Assembly: GCA_035548515.1 (NCBI GenBank)
Contig: DASZSW010000026.1
Location: forward strand, 131,900-163,899
From: Bauldia sp.
GTDB lineage: Bacteria; Pseudomonadota; Alphaproteobacteria; Rhizobiales; Kaistiaceae
DNA: 32,000 nt
Direction of reading: 5' to 3'
A program made the translations under genes and the position numbers. Positions 1 through 6,348 of this stretch are shown here, piece after piece (the stretch's first letter is position 1; each line of letters opens with the position of its first letter). The notes under the pieces were generated by a model. The model saw only the letters and a list, made by a program, of their open reading frames with translations, did not search any database and had not been told where the DNA came from.

Positions 1-57
1 GAGAAGGCGCTCGGGCATTCGGAGAAGAAGGCGGTGGCGAGGGATTAGCTCCGAGCC

Positions 58-192
58 CTCCCCCTCCCTTGTGGGGGAGATAGCGCAGCTTCGCGAGCGT
101 CAGTGAGCGTAGCGGAGCTGAGAGGGGGTGTATCCCGCCCTGTCAGGGAGACGGCGCCGACCCCGACCCAACCTCCCCCACAAGGGGGAAGG
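58..192. repeat. REP-like GC-rich hairpins (ctccccc-N8-gggggag at 58..79; tccccc-acaa-ggggga at 174..189)
   Basis: Short perfect stems read directly. The same C-rich/G-rich hairpin family recurs at 2855..2904 and 6203..6286. Confidence 0.6.
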
Positions 193-486
193 GTGCGTTG
201 TGCTTGTCCCGTGTCGCTAAAAGGAGAAGACGCCGGCGGGCAATTTCCCGCCGACGCCCCCCTGATGTCGTTTCGGCAGGGAGCGCCGCGCCGTACCCCC
301 TTCCCACGAAAAAGGGGCGCCGGGTTTCACGGACGCGGACGCTTACCCTGTCAGGAACAACGGCCCGGACGGACACTCTGCGGCTTCGCAGCAGCGATGC
401 CGATGCCGGGTTCACCGCGCATTCCCGGCCGCATTGGGTCCGGGAACCTCACGCCTGGTCCAACGGAGTGGCGCCGCCGTTGGGAG

Positions 487-660
487 CAATCGGTTGCCGC
501 CGGCGCTTGCGCCCCGATACGGCCGCCCATGTGCGCTTCCCCGGCAGTTTCCCCGCCGCCCACGCGCGGGTGACGGACTTTCCAGGGCCATGAGCCGCGA
601 CGCGCGAGGCGTCGCAGGAGGGGGAAAGTGACGTGATTCTGGGTTGTGGGGAAGGGAAAC
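487..660. repeat. Copy A of a ~174-bp direct repeat (partner at 933..1106)
   Basis: Manual alignment. Both copies begin caatcggttgccgccggcgc and share cgatacggccgcccatgtgcgc and cgcgacgcgcgaggcg blocks. The offset is 446 bp, with scattered substitutions and small indels. Confidence 0.8.
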
Positions 661-676
661 CTGCGGACGCGGCCGG

Positions 677-859
677 TCAGGCCGGCGGGGCGCGGTGCCA
701 CAGGCCTTTCTTGATGTCGAATTTCACCAGCCCCTCGTCGCGCATCTGCATCAGCAGTATCTGGACGGCATCAACCGAGCCGCCCGGATTGAGGATGGCG
801 CGGAGGGAGAGGGTGGAGCGCGGCTTGTCGAGGGCGGCGAGGACTTTTTCTTTGGTCAT
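677..859 (-). CDS. Small hypothetical protein (60 aa), possibly a winged-helix-like DNA binder
   Basis: Taken from the ORF-track entry 677..901(-), using the internal ATG at 857..859 (MTKEKVLAALDKPRSTLSLRAILNPGG...). It is the only non-Arg/Pro-rich ORF in this region and sits exactly between the two 174-bp repeats. No strong RBS is seen. Confidence 0.35.
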   Translation of the reverse strand: MTKEKVLAALDKPRSTLSLRAILNPGGSVDAVQILLMQMRDEGLVKFDIKKGLWHRAPPA

Positions 860-932
860 GAGGCGAGGGTTTACAGCAATTCTGGGGTGGCGGAGCCCCA
901 ATCGGCGGCGAGATGTGAGGTCTTGCTAGCTA

Positions 933-1106
933 CAATCGGTTGCCGCCGGCGCTTTCGCCCCGATACGGCCGCCCATGTGCGCGTCCCCGGCGGCGTTTCC
1001 CGCCACCCACGCGCGGGCAGCGGCCATTCCAAGGCATGGACCGCGACGCGCGAGGCGCCGCAGGCGGGGGAAGGTGGGGTGATTCTGGCGCGGGGGGAAG
1101 GGTGAC
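933..1106. repeat. Copy B of the ~174-bp direct repeat (partner at 487..660)
   Basis: See copy A; manual alignment. Confidence 0.8.
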
Positions 1107-1192
1107 TTGTTGAAGCGGAGTGCAATCATGAGCAGAAATGGAATTCCCCCTTCCATTGCATTAACCTGCTTTCGTGTCAGAACTCGCCCAAA

Positions 1193-1224
1193 GGTTGACT
1201 TTTAAGTCAACCCACCCCCATATT
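1193..1224 (+). promoter_or_regulatory. Putative operator palindrome overlapping a sigma70-like promoter
   Basis: ggttgactt-tt-aagtcaacc is a 9-2-9 perfect inverted repeat at 1193..1212. It contains TTGACT (1195..1200), followed 18 nt later by CATATT (1219..1224). It lies just upstream of the ATG at 1273. Confidence 0.4.
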
Positions 1225-1272
1225 GGCGGAGCAATCCCGGATTGGCTCGTTTCTGCGCCAGTCCGAGCGCGG

Positions 1273-1728
1273 ATGATCTTTCCGCCAAAACGGTGCTTCT
1301 TGGTTCACAGAGATATCCACGCGAAGCTGGCTCAACCAAACGGTGGCTTCCCAGACGTCCAGGGCGCAGTCTTTGTCACGAACTTTGTCGGCGGCGGGCT
1401 GGTGTCTGCGAGTCTCCGGGGTGACCCCAACAAGAATCGACCGGACATGGAGCGGTTGGTGGACTTAGATGAGGTGTGGGTCGCCTGCTTTCGCCGGCCC
1501 CGCGACAATCAGTGGCGGCTGATGGGTCGCTTTGTACGTCAAAACGTCTTTATTGGATTGTCGCTCTATCGCCGTCGCGAGTTGGTAGATGGCGCCTATG
1601 CAAAGAAAGCCGCCGAATTTATCACGCGATGGAATTCACTCCTCGCGGCGGCGTCAGTGGTCAGAAGTGACTTTGTCGCCGACTATCTGAGCAAGCCCAC
1701 GATGGATGTCGATGCGCGAATTCTCTGA
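1273..1728 (+). CDS. Hypothetical protein whose C-terminal half resembles RelE/HigB (Gp49-type) toxins
   Basis: The ORF track gives 1174..1728. I prefer the ATG at 1273 because the GTG at 1174 would place the palindrome/promoter inside the gene. The segment EVWVACFRRPRDNQWRLMGRFVRQNVFIGLSLYRRRE has the beta-strand pattern of RelE/HigB-like toxins (recognised from memory, not verified). The gene overlaps the next gene by 23 nt and is AT-richer than its surroundings. Confidence 0.5.
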   Translation: MIFPPKRCFLVHRDIHAKLAQPNGGFPDVQGAVFVTNFVGGGLVSASLRGDPNKNRPDMERLVDLDEVWVACFRRPRDNQWRLMGRFVRQNVFIGLSLYRRRELVDGAYAKKAAEFITRWNSLLAAASVVRSDFVADYLSKPTMDVDARIL

Positions 1729-2245
1729 CGCCGAACTTAAGTTTGAGATTGAGTACCAGCGCGAGCTGTTGCGGACAGCCTTCTATGGAGCGTTCCTCAC
1801 TGCGGTGGAAGCGCGTCGCGATGAAGACGGCCTAACTCAGGCCGCTTTGGCACGCCTAACGGGCAAGGACAAAACTGCGGTAAGCAAGCTGCTTTCAGAG
1901 CCCAAGAATTGGACGCTCCGAACCGTTTCAGATCTTTGCGTTGCTCTAGACGTGTCCCTGCTGTTCTGTTTGCTGGACAACGCAAGCGAAACCCGAGTGT
2001 TCAGCGGCACAGGAATCGAACATCTAACGTTGCGCCAGGTTCCCTATGGAAACTTCGTGCCGGCCGCTGGCGGTGGTGGAGGTTCCACCGCGATCTACAG
2101 TAGTTCGATTTCGGGAACAGGAACATCTGTTAGCGTCGCTAGCGGCCCTCTAGCTGCTGTCGCCATCAACGGTTCTACCGTAACCCTTGGGCAAATTGAG
2201 CCGTCCAATATTCCCAATCAAGCGACTACTGGGGGTGCCGGATGA
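1706..2245 (+). CDS. XRE-family helix-turn-helix protein with a Gly/Ser/Thr-rich C-terminal tail
   Basis: LTQAALARLTGKDKTAVSKLLSEPKNWTLRTVSDLCVAL is a classic XRE/Cro HTH. The gene overlaps the upstream gene, and its stop overlaps the next start (ATGA at 2242..2245). Confidence 0.7.
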   Translation: MSMREFSDAELKFEIEYQRELLRTAFYGAFLTAVEARRDEDGLTQAALARLTGKDKTAVSKLLSEPKNWTLRTVSDLCVALDVSLLFCLLDNASETRVFSGTGIEHLTLRQVPYGNFVPAAGGGGGSTAIYSSSISGTGTSVSVASGPLAAVAINGSTVTLGQIEPSNIPNQATTGGAG

Positions 2246-2742
2246 CTGGGGCGCTGACACCCTCACCGCCCTCGATCAACGGAAAATTCAAGTTCAGCGC
2301 CGTCGTCTTTTGCGAGGGAGTTCGGCGAGAGGACAACGGCAAGCTGATGCTACTTGGCGTCCCCGGTGGCGACCTACTGATCCAGCAGGCCTATCCAGCC
2401 AACGTTCCTCTGTTCGCACACATTGAAGGTGACGTCGTCGAACCCGGTCTTTTTTCACAGGTCTTCAGGTTTGTTGACGAAACGGGTGCCGCACTGTCGC
2501 CCCCCATAGAGGTCAAGTCCTCCGCGCCGTTTGTGCGAGGGGGCTTTGCCGTGCAGGTCTTTGCATCAATAGTCTTCCAGCGAAGCTGTACTCTCATTCT
2601 GCAAATGCGCGAAGAAGGCGGATGGCGAGAACTCGCGCGAAAAGCCGTGGTGCACGAAAATGAGCTGATTTCGCGATTTGCTCCCGAGTCTCTCTCAGAG
2701 TTGATTAAGCAAAGCTTGGAGACGCTGCGGCGCCGTTCTTAG
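2242..2742 (+). CDS. Hypothetical protein (166 aa), translationally coupled to the HTH gene
   Basis: Clean ORF with non-GC-biased composition and an ATGA start/stop overlap. I recognise no family with confidence. Confidence 0.55.
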   Translation: MTGALTPSPPSINGKFKFSAVVFCEGVRREDNGKLMLLGVPGGDLLIQQAYPANVPLFAHIEGDVVEPGLFSQVFRFVDETGAALSPPIEVKSSAPFVRGGFAVQVFASIVFQRSCTLILQMREEGGWRELARKAVVHENELISRFAPESLSELIKQSLETLRRRS

Positions 2743-2854
2743 GAAAAAAGTCCTTGACACCGTGACGGTGTTTCGGCATTGTTCGGGCAACGTCGCAGAG
2801 GTGGGCGGCGCGGTGGTGCTGCCGGGTCGGGGCGTTGGTTCGGCGGAGAGGTTA

Positions 2855-2904
2855 CCCCTCCCCAAAACCGCTTTCGCGGTTTTGGCCCTCCCGCAAGGGG
2901 AGGG
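2855..2904. repeat. REP-like double hairpin
   Basis: ccaaaaccgc-tttc-gcggttttgg is a perfect 10-bp stem at 2862..2885. It is immediately followed by ccctccc-gcaag-gggaggg (2886..2904). Confidence 0.7.
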
Positions 2905-3002
2905 CTCATGCGCGGCGATGTCGCGAGTTGCGATCAAGGGTGTGATGGTTTCATGGCCTCCGCGGCGTTTGCCTCGGGGGTCGTTTTGTTTCTGGAGGCG
3001 CG

Positions 3003-3539
3003 GTGGTGACGCATCTGAATGGGGCTGGCGCCTTTCCCGAACTGGGGTCGGTGCGGCCGGATCATGCGGCGGCGGTGGCCGAGGCGCGGCGAATGGTCGA
3101 GGGGACGACGCTGTCGCAGCACGCTATCGCGCAGCAGCTTCGCGTTTCGGACAGCACCGTCTCGCTATGGAAGAAGCGGTGGGGATGGATGCGGCCGGAA
3201 GGGTCACCGGTGGCGCCGCCGGAGTTTGCGGGACGCGATACCGCGAAGGCGGCGGAGAAGCGGCGGGACGTGCTGGTCGGGCGCCTCTACCGCGTGTTTG
3301 ATCGGCAGCTGATGGATGTTGAATCGCGCGCGGCTGATGCCGTGGCGGTGACTGAGGAGAAAGATGCCCGCACTCTGGGCACGCTTGCACGGACGCTTGG
3401 AACGCTGATTGCGCTTGAAGCGGGAGGCGAGCGGGAGGACGGCGCACCGGCGGATGAACCGGAGCGATACGATCCCGATGAAGTCCGCGCGCGACTTGCG
3501 GCACGACTTGCTGGACTACGCGAAGAAGGAGACGATTGA
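3003..3539 (+). CDS. GTA g1-like protein (HTH, small-terminase-like position)
   Basis: First gene of the head cluster. TLSQHAIAQQLRVSDSTVSLWKKRW is an HTH-like segment. The start is uncertain (GTG 3003 or ATG 3093). The 3' end overlaps the terminase gene. Confidence 0.55.
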   Translation: MVTHLNGAGAFPELGSVRPDHAAAVAEARRMVEGTTLSQHAIAQQLRVSDSTVSLWKKRWGWMRPEGSPVAPPEFAGRDTAKAAEKRRDVLVGRLYRVFDRQLMDVESRAADAVAVTEEKDARTLGTLARTLGTLIALEAGGEREDGAPADEPERYDPDEVRARLAARLAGLREEGDD

Positions 3540-4803
3540 GGCGCGGCTGGCGACGCTCTCGCCGCGCGAGCGGGGCGAGCTTTCGCGGGCCTGGGATTTT
3601 CTGGCGCGGCGTGATCAATGGCCGCCCGAGGGCGACTGGCTAGTCTGGCTGCTGATGGGCGGACGCGGCTCGGGCAAGACGCGCACGGGCGCGGAGTGGG
3701 TGCGCGGCATGGCGCTCGGCCTTTGGCCGTTCGCCGACGCGCCGGTCGGGCGCATCGCGCTGGTTGGCGAGACGTTCGCAGACGTGCGTGAGGTGATGAT
3801 CGAGGGCGTGTCGGGTATCCTCGCGGTGCACGAGCGGCAGCGGCGGCCGACCTGGCTGCCGGCGCGGCGCATGATAGTGTGGGACAACGGCGCGCGGGCG
3901 CAGGCGTTTTCGTCGGAGGATCCGGAGTCGCTGCGCGGTCCGCAGTTTTCGGCGGCCTGGTCGGACGAGGCGGCGAAATGGAAACACGCCCAGGCGACGT
4001 GGGACATGCTGCAGTTCGGGCTGCGGCTGGGCGCGCGGCCGCGCCAGGTGGTGACCACGACGCCGCGGCCGGTACCGCTGATCCGGCGGCTGATGGAGGC
4101 GGCGGGAACGGTGGTGACGCGGTCGCGGACGGCCGACAACCGGGCGAACCTCGCGACGGGATTCCTGGCGCGCATGGCCGACCAGTATGGCGGCACGCGG
4201 CTGGGGCGGCAGGAGCTGGACGGCGAGCTGATCGAGGATCGCGCGGACGCGCTGTTCGTGCGCGACCAGATCGAGGCGGCGCGTGTCGCGGCGGCGCCGG
4301 AGATGCGGCGCGTGGTGGTGGCGGTCGACCCGCCGGCCTCGCGGCGCTCGGGCACGTGCGGGATCGTCGCGGCAGGATTGGGCAAGGACGGCTTCGGCTA
4401 TGTGCTCGCCGACGTTTCGGCGGCGGCGGCGCGGCCCACGGAATGGGCAGCTCGGGCGGTGGCGCTCTACCGGCGGCTCGGCGCCGACGCGCTGGTGGCG
4501 GAGGTGAACCAGGGCGGCGACATGGTGGCCGCCGTGATCCGCGAGGTCGACGCCGGCGTGCCGGTGAAGGAAGTACGGGCGACGCGCGGCAAGTACCTGC
4601 GCGCCGAGCCGGTGGCGGCCTTGTATGCGCAGGGACGTGTGCGCCATGCCGGCAAGTTCGCCGAGCTGGAAGACGAGATGGCGGATTTCGGATTGGACGG
4701 GCTGTCGGCGGGACGCTCGCCGGACCGGCTCGACGCGCTGGTGTGGGCGGTGACGGCGCTGATGCTGGGGGAGGGTGGGGAGCCGCGGATCGGGCGGGTC
4801 TAG
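3478..4803 (+). CDS. Phage/GTA terminase large subunit (RcGTA g2-like)
   Basis: Walker A motif LMGGRGSGKTRTGAEWV, preceded by W-x-F-x-ARRDQWPPEGDW as in GTA terminases. The ORF opens at 3409; ATG 3478 is chosen and the start is uncertain. Confidence 0.9.
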   Translation: MKSARDLRHDLLDYAKKETIEARLATLSPRERGELSRAWDFLARRDQWPPEGDWLVWLLMGGRGSGKTRTGAEWVRGMALGLWPFADAPVGRIALVGETFADVREVMIEGVSGILAVHERQRRPTWLPARRMIVWDNGARAQAFSSEDPESLRGPQFSAAWSDEAAKWKHAQATWDMLQFGLRLGARPRQVVTTTPRPVPLIRRLMEAAGTVVTRSRTADNRANLATGFLARMADQYGGTRLGRQELDGELIEDRADALFVRDQIEAARVAAAPEMRRVVVAVDPPASRRSGTCGIVAAGLGKDGFGYVLADVSAAAARPTEWAARAVALYRRLGADALVAEVNQGGDMVAAVIREVDAGVPVKEVRATRGKYLRAEPVAALYAQGRVRHAGKFAELEDEMADFGLDGLSAGRSPDRLDALVWAVTALMLGEGGEPRIGRV

Positions 4804-4887
4804 AGGCTCCTCAAACGGGACGGTTCAAGTTCTGGTCCTTCACCGCAGGCCTGGGCTATCGTTGCCGGATCACCCAGGGAGGGCGGG

Positions 4888-5127
4888 ATGGATATCGAGT
4901 TTGCGCGGCTTGCGATCCGGGCCGGGTTCAGCAGCGGACGCGAGCTGGAGACTTTGATTCACATCACGAAGGCGCACTGGGAGCCGGCGGCGCACAAGGA
5001 ATTCGCGATCGGGATTGCGCGTGCCACAGCGGAAATTCAAGCTGCGACGACGGAAAAAGCCGTCGCAGCATTCCCGGAGCTGGAAGCCGAGGTCGATGCC
5101 GCGGTAAACAAGTACGGGCGTTACTAG
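4888..5127 (+). CDS. Small hypothetical protein (79 aa)
   Basis: ATG preceded by gggagggcggg (a good SD). Ordinary amino-acid composition. No family recognised. Confidence 0.4.
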   Translation: MDIEFARLAIRAGFSSGRELETLIHITKAHWEPAAHKEFAIGIARATAEIQAATTEKAVAAFPELEAEVDAAVNKYGRY

Positions 5128-5153
5128 AAGCGCTCGGATCGGGGCAAATTCAC

Positions 5154-6137
5154 ATGCATTCGCGGCACGCGGCGCGGCTGGGGCGCGATATCTCGGCGAT
5201 CGGATTTGGCGCCTGGCAGATCGGCGGAAGCTGGGGCGAGGTTGCGGAGCATGACGCCGAGGCGGCGTTGGCCGCGGCGCTCGATGGCGGCGTGACGTTT
5301 GTCGATACGGCGGACGTGTACGGCGGCGGACGGTCGGAGGAGATCATCGGCCGCGTGTTGAAGCAGCGCGGCGGGCGGCGGCCGTTCGTCGCGACCAAGT
5401 GCGGGCGCGGCGGGACGAACAAGGCGGATTCGTACACGAAGGCGAACCTCGCCCAATGGGTGGAGGCGAGCCTGAAGCGGCTGCAGGTGGAGGCGCTGGA
5501 TCTCGTCCAGCTCCACTGCCCGCCGACGCAGGTCTATTACATGCCGGAGGTGTTCGGCGCGCTCGACGAGCTGGTCGTGGCGGGGAAGCTCCGCGCCTAC
5601 GGCGTCAGCGTCGAGAAGGTCGAGGAGGGACTGAAGGCGATCGAGTATCCGGGCGTTGCGAGCGTCCAGATCATCTACAACATCTTCCGCCAGCGACCGG
5701 CGCGGCTCTTCTTTCGCGAGGCGAAACGGCGGGGTGTTGCGGTGATCGCGCGCGTGCCGCTGTCGAGCGGGATGCTGACCGGCAAGCTGACGCGCGAGAC
5801 GAAGTTTGCGGAGGACGACCATCGCGACTTCAACCGCGAGGGCGAGTCGTTCGACAAGGGCGAGACGTTTTCCGGCGTGCCGTACGACGTCGGCCTCGAC
5901 GCGGTCGAGGAGCTGCGGCCGCTGGTGCCTGGCGGGGTGCCGATGGCGGCGTTCGCGCTCCGCTGGATATTGATGAACGACGCGGTGACGACGGTGATCC
6001 CGGGCGCGCGCAATGCCGCCCAGGCGAAGGGCAACGCGGCGGCCGACGACGTCGCGCCGCTGTCGGACAGGACGATGGCCGCGGTGGCGGAAGTTTACCA
6101 GCGGCGCATCGCGCCGTGGGTCGAGGCGCGGTGGTAG
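5154..6137 (+). CDS. Aldo/keto reductase family oxidoreductase
   Basis: MHSRHAARLGRDISAIGFGAWQIGG...VTFVDTADVYGGGRSEEIIGRVLK matches the AKR N-terminal signature. It is the last 327 codons of the 3879..6137 ORF-track entry; the ATG at 5154 is in frame. Confidence 0.9.
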   Translation: MHSRHAARLGRDISAIGFGAWQIGGSWGEVAEHDAEAALAAALDGGVTFVDTADVYGGGRSEEIIGRVLKQRGGRRPFVATKCGRGGTNKADSYTKANLAQWVEASLKRLQVEALDLVQLHCPPTQVYYMPEVFGALDELVVAGKLRAYGVSVEKVEEGLKAIEYPGVASVQIIYNIFRQRPARLFFREAKRRGVAVIARVPLSSGMLTGKLTRETKFAEDDHRDFNREGESFDKGETFSGVPYDVGLDAVEELRPLVPGGVPMAAFALRWILMNDAVTTVIPGARNAAQAKGNAAADDVAPLSDRTMAAVAEVYQRRIAPWVEARW

Positions 6138-6170
6138 CGCCCGCCTAACGCGGGTTTCTTGCGGAGGTCG

Positions 6171-6320
6171 GCGAGACCCCCACCCACCGCCTGCGGCGGT
6201 CCCCCCTCCCCGCAAGGGGGAGGGATGGTGCCTCATTCTGCGGCATCGGGATGTTGCGCTGCCTTCCCTCCCCCTTGCGGGGAGGGTGCCGAGCGACAGC
6301 GAGGCAGGTGGGGGTCTCGC
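6171..6320. repeat. 150-bp MITE/REP-like nested palindrome
   Basis: Perfect 14-bp terminal inverted repeats gcgagacccccacc (6171..6184) and ggtgggggtctcgc (6307..6320). They enclose the hairpins ccctcccc-gcaa-ggggaggg (~6203..6224) and ccctcccc-cttg-cggggaggg (~6266..6286). Confidence 0.75.
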
Positions 6321-6348
6321 GACCTCTGATGTGAACTTCGGAGAGCAC

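Noticed and set aside
1-48. Possible 3' end of an upstream + strand gene (...EKALGHSEKKAVARD*)
   Set aside because: Only 15 codons are visible, with no way to confirm the frame or family.
103-1156. Multiple overlapping ORFs on both strands in the first 1.1 kb (for example 103..573, 198..593, 351..701, 644..1105 and 926..1156)
   Set aside because: They are mutually overlapping and Arg/Pro/Gly-rich, and they read through REP hairpins and the 174-bp repeats, where the two repeat copies give similar 'proteins' in non-coding-like frames. Only 677..859(-) looks plausibly coding.
2762-3301. A 179-aa + ORF upstream of and overlapping g1
   Set aside because: It has Gly/Arg-rich low complexity, reads through the REP double hairpin at 2855..2904, and overlaps the better-supported g1 frame.
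3124-4647. Long minus-strand ORFs (3124..3618, 3615..4385, 3640..4647) antisense to g1 and terminase
   Set aside because: Their translations are Arg/Pro/Ala-rich and low in complexity, as expected for off-frame or antisense reading of ~68% GC coding DNA. The + strand frame has clear terminase motifs.
3879-6137. A 752-aa + strand ORF spanning terminase to AKR
   Set aside because: Only the last 327 codons (from ATG 5154) look like a real protein, the AKR. The upstream part is an alternative frame of the terminase gene with a Gly/Arg-rich nonsense translation.
6013-6348. N-terminal 112-codon extension of the portal ORF
   Set aside because: This stretch overlaps the AKR 3' end and reads through the MITE-like palindrome (PPPAAVPPPRKGEGW...). 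ATG 6349 has an RBS and begins recognisable portal sequence.
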